This document shows, in pieces, positions 51,124 to 63,579 of a DNA stretch of 64,000 nucleotides. A program made the position numbers and the translations under genes. How positions within the stretch are numbered: position 1 is the stretch's first letter; the number at the start of each line of letters is the position of its first letter. Origin of the DNA: Octopus sinensis (lineage: Eukaryota); NCBI RefSeq assembly GCF_006345805.1, contig NC_043020.1, forward strand, positions 17,484,001 through 17,548,000. Direction: 5' to 3'. The notes below the pieces were generated by a model that saw only the letters and a program-made list of their open reading frames with translations, did not search any database and was not told the DNA's origin.

Positions 51124-51989
51124 TTTGGTTAATTCATTTAGTATCCAGTTAAGAATATTGTAACTGTAATTTATAAATGGGACAGCTAGAATATTACCTT
51201 ATTTTTCACATTGAACTCTATTTTAAGTATTAATCTAACTTGTCTATAGTATTTCTTCCTCATCTTCTCTTTCATTTGTGTGTTGTACCATATCTAGTTC
51301 ATTGGTTCCTAAGTATTTGTATGTCTGGGTTTGGTCTAGTTCTCTTATTTCATTTTCTTTACCTAGTGTGGTATTGTTACTCTTAACTTGTTTTCCTCTT
51401 TACAAGGTTGCTCTCGTACATTTTTCTAAGCTGAATTTAATATTTATTTGTATGGTAAATCTATATTCTGTTTGTGATAATTTTTTCAGTTGTTTGTCAT
51501 TTACAACATACAACTTTTAGATCATCCATATGCAAGAGATGGTTGATTGTTTTACCATAGCAGTTGTATCCACATCCAGTTCTGTCTAACATGTTAGTTA
51601 AAGGTGTCACTTCCAGACAGAAAAGGAGGTGGAGTGAGTGAGTCTCCTTTGAATATTCCTCTTCTAATGGAGATGGCTTTAGTTTTATGATTCCTTCTTA
51701 TATCTGTAGCTGTAGAACTGTTTGCCTTTTATTCATGGCATCATCACCATCATACATTTTCCATATTGAGTTGGGTTGGATGGTTTGATAGGAACTGGCC
51801 AGGTGTCCATGCTCCAGTTGTCTCATTTGGCATGGTTTTTTTGGCTGGATACCCTTCCTAATCACTTTACCAAATATGCTGGGTGCTTTTTACTTGCCAC
51901 TGGCACAGGTGCGTATATGTGGGACCAGCACCTGCAAGACAAAGACCGTTCAGCTGGGAGAGGGGAGTGGGAGCAGTAGCTCTCTGAAC

Positions 51990-52685
51990 TTGTCCAGCCC
52001 ATTTTTTTCTAACTGCTATGCCTTCAGAACTTCCTCTTCCACTGCTAACTTTATCACTTAGGTAACAGAAGCTATCTACTACTTCTAAGGGTCCCCCACA
52101 AACATTTGAGGAAGTTTATTCTCTGCACATTCTTTGTGCTTATTGTACCCACACATTTGCCACACTCAAAGTTCATTAACCTTCCTGTGATACTGCTGCA
52201 CCTCTGTGTGTCCAAAGCTTGCACTGGGTACAATATATGGAGTTTCTACCAACACCCTTACATATCGAGCAGGTCCTTTTCCCTTTAGAGGCTTGTGATT
52301 TGTTTGTTTTCCTACTTACAAGGACTTTGGTCTTTGCTAAATTAATTCTAAGGCCCTTAGATTCCAGACCTTGCTTCCACACCTGAAATTTCTTTTAGAT
52401 TAGGTAGTGATTCAGCTATAAGAACAAGGTCATCAGTGTAGAGGGGCAGCCAGCTTGAATTCCTCTGTTATGACCTGGAGGACTAAGATAAACAAGAAGG
52501 GGCTGAGAACTTGATCCTTGGCGAACTCCTACCTCTACACTAAATTCATTGCTATACTCATTGCTGACCTTCACCTTACTAGCAGCATCCCTGTACATAG
52601 CATGTACAGCTCTCATCAACTATTTATCTATCCCTAGCTCCTGCATTGGCCACTTGATAAGGAAGTGGGGTACCCTGTCAAAAGC
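51990..52685 (-). pseudogene. Degenerate RTE LINE RT fragment (same family as 797-2490)
   Basis: ORFs 52416-52619 (AMYRDAASKVKVSNEYSNEFSVEVGVRQGS) and 52176-52382 (LESKGLRINLAKTKVL). Confidence 0.85.
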
Positions 52686-52829
52686 TTAAGTAGAAAAAAG
52701 ATCAATTTCATACACGAACTTGTTTGTTTATTATATGACAATAACAAGTGAGTTGTATGTGTTACTTTATATATCAATACAGTAATGGCAATTATATAAT
52801 ACAAGGCTTTGGTCGGCATGGAGCTTTAA

Positions 52830-53051
52830 CCCTTTCGAAACCAACCCGGCCAAAACCGCCTCTGGCTCTGTAGCACAAATGTCTTGTTTTCATAAGTTTT
52901 GAATTAAAATCTTCCACCAAATCTTAGTCACAATTTATGTTCCCAACACTAGTTTAATGATAACTAATTTCTTTTACTAAATTCTTTATTATATTTAAAA
53001 TTAATTGACTGAAACACAGAGCATCTCAAAATAAATACAGTAACGAAAGGG
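52830..53051 (+). mobile_element. piggyBac MITE family 1, nested in a SINE A remnant
   Basis: TTAA at 52826-52829 and 53052-53055. Confidence 0.9.
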
Positions 53052-53281
53052 TTAATGAAAGAGAACTGCCCAATGTGCTGCATAGTGGGACTGAACCCAA
53101 GCCGACATGGTTGGAAAGCAAGCTGCTCAACCACACAGCCACGCCTATAAAGGAGAGATACATTTTGGATAATATACCCCTTGGTACAATATGCTTGATG
53201 GAAAGATGGGATGTTTACGGCAAGAAGACCTTTGATTTTAATATTTACTCTAGCAACGCAACAACTAACAACGCTACACCA

Positions 53282-53718
53282 TACAGGGTGTTTCAGATCT
53301 GTTTCACTTAAATTGAGCAAATTTAAACAAAATGGTAATTTTTTGTTTAATACCAAAACAAAAAGATTTATAAATCTTACGTCAAACTTTTATTAAAAAT
53401 TTTCAACATGTCTGTATTCCTGCAGACTTCAAATCTCTCCTGAGCATTGTGAAACACATTTTGAAACATTTCAGGTGTTAGCTCCTGTACTGATAACTGA
53501 ATGTGTTCTTTAAGCTCAACTAAATGATTGCTCCAGCTTGGGGACAGCGGTAAAGAAAATTATTGCTGCCAAATTGGAAAAAAGCTGTCACGGACAAATA
53601 AGAGGGGTCCAACAGGAATGAAAATAAAATTATGAACAAAATTCAAAATTTGTACACTTTTAACACATATTAAACATGATAAACATAAATAAAAGTGAGT
53701 TTGAAAAAAAAAACCTGT
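53282..53718 (-). mobile_element. Tc1/mariner-superfamily (DD37D/DD34D-like) deleted derivative
   Basis: It has a tacagggtg.. terminus and a degenerate inverted end at ~53695-53718. The minus strand encodes LKEHIQLSVQELTPEMFQNVF..ERFEVC, resembling a transposase C-terminus. Confidence 0.5.
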
Positions 53719-53870
53719 GGTAAGTAGCTTGTTTACCAACCACATGGTTCCAGGTTCAGTCCCACTGCGTGGCACCTTGGACAAGTGTCTTCTACTATAG
53801 CCTCGGGCCGACCAAAGCCTTGTGAGTGGATTTGGTAGACAGAAACTGAAAGAAGCCCGTCGTATATATG

Positions 53871-53922
<52 letters not shown>

Positions 53923-54129
53923 TTTGTGTGTCTGTGTTTGTCCCCCAAGCATTGCTTGACAACCGATGCTGGTGTGTTTGTGTCCCCGTCACTTAGCGGT
54001 TCGGCAAAACAGACCAATAGAATAAGTACTGGGCTTACAAAGAATAAGTGCCGGGGTCGAGTTGCTCGATTAAAGGCGTTGGTCCAGCATGGCCACAGTC
54101 AAATGACTGAAATAAATAAAAGAGTATAG

Positions 54130-55400
54130 AGTAAATTGTGTAGGTTTTGCAGTGCCTGCGTTACCTCTTCAATTGTTATAGTTATTATAGGTGTCCAGAG
54201 TTATTGAGGTGCTGTGTTTCTTGTTTTAACCAATCTTTTCTGGAGTAGTTCCTTCAGCACCCTTACTTCTTTCCAAAATTCTTCCAGTTCTGCTGCTGCT
54301 GCTGATACCGGTTCTCTTTTATTTTCACCAAATTCTTGGTAGAATTGTTTTGGATTGGAGTTAAACTGCTTCTTTCATACAAAGAATCATTGCTATTTCT
54401 CATACCAACAGATTCTTTGTGCTTTGGTGAGGATATCTCACCATAGTTATTCTTTTAGTTAATTAGTTAGTTAATTTTTTGGCTCAAAAAGCGAAAAGCA
54501 AGGCCATGTAGGGGGACATAGAGTTATGTACAGGGTGGTGTTCATGTAAAGAGTTCAGGCCACTTGTGGTCAAGGGAGACTTTGAACCGAGCGGTCGTCA
54601 GCATCTTCACTATCTCATCCGGCAGCTTATTCCACGGATCCGCAACCCGGACGGAGAAAGCCCCTCTCCTTCGATTGAGATGAAATCGTCGCAGATAGAG
54701 CTTTTCGGAGTGACCCCGCAGCCAACACTCTGGAGCAGGAGTGGAGAATAGCTCTTTCGAGAGGTTACACTTTCTGCTTATGATGTTGTGAGCAAGAATG
54801 AGATCACCACGGCGGCGGCGTTTTTCTAGAGAATAAAGGTTGAGCGTCTTCAGCCTCTTGTTATTTTATATTTCTGTAGTATTATTTTTCTTTCTTGTTG
54901 CCTAGTAGTGTTGTTTGGTTATTTTGGTTAATTAAGGATTGACAGATCCTTTTATTTTCTTTCTTTTTTTTTTTCTGGATATTAGTTTTCCATACCATCT
55001 GTTTAGGTTGTGATACTCCTATTTGGATATATTTGAGGGAGTATCCACTTTCCTTTGAGGCTACAGAGGCTGTCACATATATTGTTTCATTTAATCTGGT
55101 CATAATGACCTTTGCTTCTGTTGCATTTGTGATGACCATATTTGTTTTTGCTGTCTATTTTTTGGGGAGATACAGTCAGTGGTCAATGCTGAGTTCTTTT
55201 GTGGCTTTTAATTCTTTGATTATACACATTTTTAAAGTATCATAATCATGGTTTCTGAATTCATAGTTTCCAGTTTTTAGGTTTGCTCCACGATCCTTCC
55301 CATTTATATTTTTGTTTGTGGTGGTCTGATCTACTGCTGTTTGGCTGTCATCATGCATTCCTAGGGTTTGTTGTCTTTCATTATTTACTTGAGGTATGCT
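54130..55400 (-). mobile_element. Degenerate R4/Dong-like non-LTR element N-terminal region, interrupted by CR1
   Basis: Minus-strand remnants LNETIYVTASV, QPKQMVWKTNIQ and KQFNSNPKQFYQEFG...LEEFW resemble the region upstream of RT in R4-clade elements. Confidence 0.5.
54457..54860 (-). mobile_element. CR1-clade LINE 3' end, young
   Basis: Minus strand reads RLKTLNLYSLEKRRRRGDLI..RGHSEKL..FSVRVADPWNKLP..* followed by a (TAAC)n-like tail. CpG-rich. Confidence 0.88.
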
Positions 55401-56435
55401 CAAAATGGAATGCTAGACGAGTGACGGAGGAGAGAGGTTGTGAAGGTGAGTGAACTGGATAGGAGAGAGAAGGAGCATGAGTATGTAGAGAAATTGAGAG
55501 GTGAATATGAACAGGTTAAGAAACAGGAGGTAGGAGATATAGAGGCAAAGTAGGAGGCCTTTAGAGAGGCAGTAATGAGATGTGCCTCTGAGGTATGTGG
55601 TACATGAGTGGTTGGAAAGGGTGGGAGGAAAGGTAGTGAGTGGTGGAATGAGCACATAAGGGCTTTGAAGAGTGGATGCAGAAAAAGGATGGAGAGGCTT
55701 ATGATCTTTACAGAAAAGGGAAGAGAGTGGTGAGGGGAGTGAAATGGGAAGCAATTGAAAGGCTCAGGAAAAAGTTGAGTGAATATTTTGTAAGGAATTA
55801 AAAGATTTTTTGGAAAGTGGTATAGAGGGTAAGGAAGGTGGTTGGAGGGAGGGAAGAAAGGGTGAATGACGTAAATGGAAATTTGTTGAAAGGAAGTGAG
55901 GATGTACAAAAGAGTTGGGCAGAGTAGTTCAGTGAACTGTTAAATGAGGAGGATGATAAGAAGGCAAATATAGGGGCTGTAGAAGGAGAATCCCTGTTTT
56001 TAGGGAATGGAACTACAATGCAATTGAGAAGAGGTGAAGATGGCAAACCAGTATAGATGGATGTACAGTGGAACGCCTAAAGAAAAGAGGAGTGACAGTG
56101 ATTCAGTGGTTAGTAAGGCTTATAATGTTTGTTATATGGCTGGAAGAGTACCAAAAGACTAGTGCAATGCCTGTATAGTGCCACTGTATAAAGGGAAAGG
56201 GGATAAATGTGGGTGTTGAAATTTTAGGGTATAAGTCTGTTATGTGCGGTTGGTAAACTGGGAGAATTCTGATTGTAAGAGTGAGGAACCAGGCAGAATG
56301 TACTAGGTTGGGAGCAGTGTGGTTTTAGGAGTGGAAGGGAGTGTGCTGATCAGATATTTGTAGTAAGGCAGATGTGTGAGAAGTTTTTAGCAAAGTGCAG
56401 GGATGTATATTAGGTCTTTATGGCCCTAGAGAACT
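55400..56435 (+). mobile_element. Degenerate RTE-clade LINE fragment of a second lineage
   Basis: Translates to ..AFREAVMRCASEVCG..GSEWWNE.., ACIVPLYKGKGDK, EQCGFRSGR..ADQIFVVRQMCEKF. Internal deletion and stops are present. Confidence 0.85.
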
Positions 56436-56989
56436 TTTTTTAACTGCTCTTTTTCAATTTCTGTTTTTTTTTTTAATTTTCAGAAAAAATATCTCCTTAT
56501 GTTGACTAGATTGTTAGGGTTCATCATTATATCCTCATCTGAGTTATTTCCTTTCCAGATTTTTCATGAGGATGCTGCTGTATTTTCATTTTGTGGGTAG
56601 AGTACTGCTGTAAAATTAATGTGTAGAATAGAAACATATTCCTCTTGTGTCCATTTATGCTTTTTTGAGTTTCTGTGTTTCTACCTGCACCACATCTGCA
56701 ACTATTTCCTCAAATATTCCAAGATTAATATTTCTAATTTTTAGTCATTTCTTTGCCATAGTGCTTCCAGGTTTTCTGATGGAAAATATGGCCCTATTTG
56801 ATCACGATTCTTTTTAAACTCATTAGCAGCCATTAAAGAACATGGTCAACCATTTTTACTTGGGTACCGCATAACACATACAATGTATTCCGAAGTGTAT
56901 TTGTCTGCTAACTGTGGATTAGTAAAGCTTCTGCCTTTAACCTTGCATTTTTCAATGACTGAAAGGTGAAAAATATGTCAACATCAGCT

Positions 56990-57400
56990 TCATTGGTATG
57001 TTCTTAGTATTCGCCATGGCATTCCAATCACCTACTAACACTAAACGTTGTAACGTTTCTGAGAAAACCTCCAGGTGTCTGAAGAAATCTTGCTGTCCTG
57101 CTCTTGCAAAAGAGCCACCCCATCACTACTGTTCACATCCAGGACCACCAACTTACCTTCTGGGTCCAGGAAAATAGTCCTTATTTTGTGATTGAGGCCT
57201 CTTCAGAACAACACCACAGTTCCACCTCCCATTCCCAATTGACATGGAGATAAATAGATCTCATATCCACCAAAAATGGACATGAACAGTTGGTGAGTCT
57301 GGTTTCACTGATGGCCACTACATCGACATTTAGTGACCTGAAGTCATTGCACCAGCCCTTCATGGCCAAAGGAAGGCAGCAGGGTGATCTTCACAATGGA
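56990..57400 (-). mobile_element. Tx1/L1-clade LINE endonuclease (APE) fragment
   Basis: NDFRSLNVDVVAISETRL, FLDPEGKLVVLDV and VLVGDWNA motifs on the minus strand. Confidence 0.8.
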
Positions 57401-57774
57401 CTCGGCCAATAGCCAGATTCATCCTACACATGACAGCAAGTGTTCAACATAAATCCACAAGTCAGCAATGCTCAGGCACTGCACAAGGATGTGCAGAACA
57501 GTTTTGTCACTTTACATGCATCTTGGGCAAGCCTGCCTGTTTGCACTTCAATACCTGTAGAATTTATGACGAACCAGCATTGCACCTTGGTAGCACTGCT
57601 AGGCCAGGAATTTGTGGAAAAGCCTATAGGTGAGGGGAGGAGGGACACACACCCAATGGCCCAACATAGGTACCTCCCCCCTATATAAGTGTTCCATCAG
57701 TTCTTTATTGTTCATATGGAAAACGGACGCTAAATGAGGATGATGATGATGATGATGATTTATTGTTGTGTACT

Positions 57775-58700
57775 TCATAATGTTAGAGTTTTGTTGAAGT
57801 TGAGATGTGGGATCTGAGAGTTGTATGTGTGAATTGGGGTGTGCTTGTGATGGTGGTTGTGGTGATAGTGATGTGTATGATGTTGGTGGTATTGATATAG
57901 CTGCTGTTGGGGGTAATATTTGTGTATTGTCCCCAAAGGTGTCTCCCCACTCTGATCATACCTGCCAGATTTTTGTATTGATGTCGGTATATTTTTATTT
58001 TTCTTCTGTGAAACCTGCTGACATTTTGCCAATTGGGCTCTTCATCATCTCCCTCACTGCAGGAATTGTCTGACTGCTCTGAACATGGAAGAGACATGTC
58101 TTGTGGAGCTTTTTACTGTTGTCTGGTATGTGAAAGCCATAGATGTTGGTGAATTCTCTGTTCTGGTTGCTGTTGCTGCTACTATAATTGCTTTTGCAGT
58201 TTTTGCAGCTCTTTCTAGCCTTCTTGCCTTTGCAGATACACATCTGTATAAGATTGTTTGTCTTCTTGTTACTTCTTACTCTTCTGCTGTTTTAAGGTGG
58301 ACTGTTCTGCCAGTCCTGGTTAGGTGCATTTACCAACTCCCTTTCTGATATCTCTACCTCTTCTGTCTTTCTGCATATCTGTCTGAACTCACTGTGTTTC
58401 TGCTTAGAAAAAGCAACTGTCATTGTTGCTTTACTAATTTTATAAGTGCTTCGTATGGTAGTTGATGTCATACTTACATCATTTCCAAATTTATCTTGGT
58501 CATTGCTGCTGTCTTTGCTCTGCCTCTCAACCACATTAATTAGTGGAGGGAACTCGACTTCAAAATTGCTGTTCAAGAACTGTGTGTCCCCTCAATTTGG
58601 AAAATCATATTGAATTTTTGTTTTTTTAAACTCAAAATTTGCCCTTGAAGAGCAAATTCTCGACACCCCAGCTAGCACTGCTTACAGTGAGCTGGGTTAT
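57775..58700 (-). mobile_element. Possible degenerate LINE ORF1 upstream of the endonuclease fragment
   Basis: A chain of broken minus-strand ORFs (58292-58576, 57995-58243, 57775-58032) is in the same orientation, just 5' of the APE fragment. No diagnostic motif was recognised. Confidence 0.3.
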
Positions 58701-59039
58701 GTACTCAACAGTTCAACAAAATTTGGAAAGGCAAACAATAAGACAAATTTTAAGGAAAACTTACAGAGCTCCAAACACACGGCCACGAGATCCAGACACA
58801 AATATTACAATGATATAATAATAATGATAATATTAATGATAATGGAAAGAAGGGTAGAAACATTATGGGATAGCATATTTCTTGAAAGATATGTATATAA
58901 AATATAAAAGAAAATATTTCTTCCAGAAATAAAGTAAAATATTTACAAAGTTTTTGAAATACTGTCATCATTATTTTGTTATTTCATTTTTAAACATTTT
59001 TATTTTATTTCCAAGTTGATAAGTGCTGCAATAGCCACA

Positions 59040-59490
59040 CAAGCATTTCCTAGCCACTTGTAGCAGTTTCACAGCTTCTTGCCACGATTTCATGGGTCTC
59101 CTGCCACATGTAGCAGTCTCACAACAGCTTGCCACGATCTCAGCTGCTTGTCACATGTAGCATTCTTGCATCTCTTTAGTACGATCTTAATTTCTCACTA
59201 CATGTAGCTGTTTCACCATCTTACTTTGATGGCCTCAGGTTTTCACCACGTGTAACATTCTCACATCTCTTTACAATGATCTCACAGTTTCTCACCACAT
59301 GTAGCAGTCCCACATCTTTCCTTGAGCCTCTCACAAACAACATCTTGCTGTGATCTTACTCATCTTTTTTGGCATGGTTTCTATGTCTGGATGCCCTTGA
59401 CAGAATGTGCTGGGTGTCTTTTATGTGTCAACAGCATGGGTGCCTTTTACATGTCATTTTGCAATGATTTCACAGTGTCTTGCCACATGT
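59040..59490. repeat. Degenerate minisatellite containing recurrent ccacatgtagca
   Basis: The motif (c/t)cac(a/g)tgtagc/a recurs about 7 times at 45-60-bp spacing. Confidence 0.6.
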
Positions 59491-59855
59491 AGTCCTGGTA
59501 CACACAACAACAATAAAAGTAGATAAATAAATAAATAAGTCAAATATTACTCTATTATATCATGTAGCATAGTTTTCATAGCTGGATAACCTTTTTATCA
59601 CCAGCCATCTTATAGTATAGATTAGTTGGGTAGGATTTTCCTGTACCAGTAGGACTAAAAGGACCTCACTCTACCTCGTGTCATTTTTATTTGGAGTTAA
59701 AGCTCTTTTATAATTGTTGATTTCATCATTAAAAAATGCAATTGACAGCAAGGAATATGGTATCCAGTGGAAACAGTAAAACTTTTTGGCCAATCTGGAC
59801 TCTGCTTCTGATATTGCATTACACTGTGTAACATGATTTTTGACCTTCCCGTGGG

Positions 59856-62055
59856 CCCTACCTGGGACGTAGTCAGTCCACCTGTACATACCTTCCTTCT
59901 TGTGACACTTGTGAAGACCTGCTGAGGCAAGTGAAAATCAAATCAAATCAAAACAAATCAAAATAGATGAACATCAATGGAATTTGTATCCTTGTGGTAC
60001 CAGTGCCAGTGGCACACAAGAATCCATCCGAACGTGGCCGTAGTCAGTACCGCTTGTGGTACCAGTGCCGGTGGCACACAAGAATCCATCCGAACGTGGC
60101 CGTAGTCAGTACCGCATCACTGGCCATCGTGCTGTGGGCACATAACAAACACCATCCGGTCGTGGCCATTCGCCAGCCTCATCTAGCACCTGTGTCGGTG
60201 GCACATAAAAAGTAGTCAGTACCGCTTGTGGTACCAGTGCCGGTGGCACACAAGAATCCATCCGAACATGGCCGTAGTCAGTACCGCATCACTGGCCATC
60301 GTGCTGTGGGCACATAACAAACACCATCCGGTCGTGGCCGTTCGCCAGCCTCATCTAGCACCTGTGTCGGTGGCACATAAAAACACCTTCCGAAGACCCG
60401 GCAAGACTAGTCAGGCCATAAACCATGGCCCCTACCTGGGACGTAGTCAGTCCACCTGTGCATACCTTCCTCCTTGTGATACTTGTGAAGGCCTGTTGAG
60501 GCAAGTGAAAATCAAAATCAAAATCAAATCAAAACAAATCAAAATAGATGAACATCAATGGAATTTGTATCTTTGTGGTACCAGTGCCGGTGGCACACAA
60601 GAGAAAACCATCCGAAAGTGGCCATAGCCAGTACTGCATCGACTGGCCTCCGTGCTGTGGGCACATGACAAACACCATCCGATCGTGGCCGTTCGCCAGC
60701 CTCATCTAGCACCTGTGTCGGTGGCACATAAAAACACCATCCGAAGACCCGGCAAGACTAGTCAGGCCATAACCCATGGCCCCTACCTGGGACGTAGTCA
60801 GTCCACCTGTGCATACCTTCCTTCTTGTGACACTTGTGAAGACCTGTTGAGGCAAGTGAAAATCAAAACAAATCAAAATAGATGAACATCAATGGAATCT
60901 GTATCTTTGTGGTACTAGTGCCGGTGGCACACACTTTGTAGTACCAGTGCCGGTGGCACACAAGAGAACCATCCGAACGTGGCCGTAGCCAGTTACGCAT
61001 CGACCGGCCTCCGTGCTGTGGGCACGTAACAAACACCATCCGATCATGGCCGTTCGCCAGCCTCATCTGGCACCTGTGTCGGTAGCACATAAAAACACCT
61101 TCCGAAGACCCGGCAAGACTAGTCAGTCCACCTGTGCATACCTTCCTTCTTGTGACACTTGTGAAGACCGGTTGAGGCAAGTGAAAATCAAATCAAATCA
61201 AAATAGACAAAATAGATGAACATCAATGGAATTTGTATCTTGTGGTACCAGTGCCTGTGGCACACAAGAAATCCATCAGTGCTGTAGTCAGTGCGGTGGG
61301 CACATGACAAACACCATCCGATCGTGGCCGTTCGCCAGCCTCATCTAGCACATAAAAACACCATCCGAAGACCCGGCAAGACTAGTCAGGCCATAACCCA
61401 TGGCCCCTACCTGGGACGTAGTCAGTCCACCTGTGCATACCTTCCTTCTTGTGACACTTGTGAAGACCTGTTGAGGCAAGTGAAAATCAAAACAAATCAA
61501 AATAGATGAACATCAATGGAATTTGTATCTTTGTGGTACCAGTGCCGGTGGCACGTGGCACATAAGAAAACCATCCGAACGTGGCCGTAGCCAGTACCGC
61601 ATCGACTGGCCTCCATGCTGTGGGCACGTAACAAGCACCATCCGATCGTGGCCGTTTGCCAGCCTCGTCTGGCACCTGTGTCGGTGGCAAAAAAACACCA
61701 TCCGAGCGTGGCCGTCTGCCAGCCTCGTCTGGCACCTGTGTCGGTGGCACATAAAAACACCATCCGAGCGTGGCCGTCTGCCAGCCTCGTCTGGCACCTG
61801 TGTCGGTGGCACATAAAAAACACCATCCGAGCGTGGCCGTTTGCCAGCCTCGTCTGGCACCTGTGTCGGTGGCACATAAAATCACCCACTACACTCTCGG
61901 AGTGGTTGGCGTTAGGAAGGGCATCCAGCTGTAGAAACACTGCCAGATCTGACTGGACTGGTGCAGCTTTCGGGCTCCCCAGACCCCAGTTGAACCGTCC
62001 AACCCATGCTAGCATGGAAAGCGGACGTTAAATGATGATGATGATGATGATGATG
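59856..62055 (+). repeat. Tandem multimer (5 units) of the RTE-tailed SINE-like family
   Basis: The unit start ccctacctgggacgtagtcagtccacctg occurs at ~59856, 60430, 60781, 61121 (partial) and 61405. There is one 3' end with a (GAT)n tail at 61870-62055. Confidence 0.9.
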
Positions 62056-62059
62056 ATGT

Positions 62060-62410
62060 TAGCAACTGTTATTTCTTATTTGCTTACTTCTAGAAAGTAT
62101 GAAAGTATGGCTAATATTTTCCTTCAAAATTTGCTTTTACATTTATTCAAACCCCAAAGAATCTCTCTCAACACATGGCTATGATATTCCCCCATCACTC
62201 TTGCTCATAGTGTCAGCCATTAAGTGACATGCTCAAGTGGTTCAAGTCAAGCAAATCTCTGGTATTGAGTAGAATATTTACTATAATGATATTTCTGCTT
62301 CAGCAACTCTGTGCTGAATCTGTTTGAAATGTAATGGAAAATAGGTCAGTTTCAAAACATTGAGTCCAAGTCACAAAGGCAAAGTTTGAAGGGAATAGTA
62401 GTTATTTCCT
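62060..62410. mobile_element. MITE-like element, same family as 13712-14156
   Basis: Reverse-complement similarity along its length. Confidence 0.6.
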
Positions 62411-62619
62411 TTGGTTTCAAATGCCGTCATCTTAGTCTTTCATCCCTCTGGAGTTGAACAACTGAAGTACCAGTCAATTATTGGTGCCAGTAATTCCGCT
62501 TGTCCTATCCCCAAAAATTTCTGGCCTTGTTTCAGTTGTACGGATTATGAATCAAAGGGAGATAATTTAAATGAGTGTTTCAAAAGTTATCTCCCGTTAT
62601 TTTCTAAACCATGTTAAAT

Positions 62620-62808
62620 GATATTTCAAATGTCGATATTCTGTTGTCTGGGGAGAGTCATTTTCTTTGTGTGCTTTATAATTTAACACACACACCGGTA
62701 AAAATTTCCACTTGCTTCTTATTTTTATTTTCCTAAATATTTCGTTGCGTCTTGCAATCTTTTCAATAGTCTTGACTATTGGAAAAGTTGCAGGACGCAA
62801 CGAAAATT
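62620..62808. repeat. Fold-back repeat with a 66-nt terminal hairpin; left arm also present (inverted) at 2491-2575
   Basis: ctggggagagtca...aatttaacacac..accggtaaaa(a)tttccactt is shared with 2491-2575. The hairpin is at 62740-62805. Confidence 0.7.
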
Positions 62809-62888
62809 ATACATATAGATAGATACTAGAGGTAGAGATTATTTTAATAAATCAAGAATTTTTGCTGTTATTTAACATACCGGTATCG

Positions 62889-63160
62889 TTAAAGCAGTGG
62901 ACTCGCGATCGAGGGATCGCGGGTTCGAATCTCAGACCGGGCGATGTGTATGTTTATGAGCGAAAAACCTAAGCTCCACGCGGCAGCGGCAGAAGGTAAT
63001 GGCGAATTTCTCCTGACTTTGGCCACAACTTTCTCTCCCTCTTTCCTCCTGCATCTTGCAGCTCAACTGCGACAGACCGGTGGGGAACCTACACACCAAG
63101 GAAACTGAGAAACCGGCCTTAATGAGACAAACATGGCTCGAGAAGGAACAAACAAACAAT
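62889..63160 (+). mobile_element. tRNA-derived SINE related to family C, with a different 3' half
   Basis: Head gttaaagcagtggactcgcg..gggttcgaatctcagaccgggcg. It diverges from family C after cacaactttctctc. Confidence 0.7.
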
Positions 63161-63233
63161 GTATGTATGTCTTGTAAAGGTAATTTTGGTTGTTATTTCT
63201 AGCCTTTTAAATTCTCACGTTATTTTAAGTGGT

Positions 63234-63579
63234 GGAAGCACTCCGTCGGTTACGACGATGGGGGTTCCGGTTGATCTGAATCAACGGAACAGCCTGCTCG
63301 TGAAATTAACGTGTAATTGGCTGAGCACTCCACACACACGATATTCAGCGTGACACAGAGAGTGACAAGGCCGGCCCTTTGAAATACAGGTACAACAGAA
63401 ACAGGAAATAAGAGTGAGAGAAAGTTGTGATGAAAGAGTACAGCAGGGATCACCACCATCCCCTGCCGGAGCTTCGTGGAGCTTTTAGGTGTTTTCGCTC
63501 AATAAACACTCACAACGCCCGGTCTGGGAATCGAAACCGCGACTTCGCTGCCCTAACCACTGGGCCATTGCGCCTCCAC
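63234..63579 (-). mobile_element. SINE family C copy
   Basis: Reverse complement of 17282-17665 with small deletions. Flanked by tattt(t/c)aagt. Confidence 0.88.

Noticed and set aside
60485-60515. Intact hammerhead core in array units (CTGTTGAGGCAAGTGAAA, or GTGAAGA-CCTGTTGAGG-CAAG)
   Set aside because: One reading breaks A6 and has no stem II or III partner. The other breaks C3 and G12. Neither gives a complete fold.
59856-62055. CRISPR-like array
   Set aside because: There are no constant short repeats with unique spacers. The sequence between repeats is itself repeated, there are no cas genes, and the context is eukaryotic.
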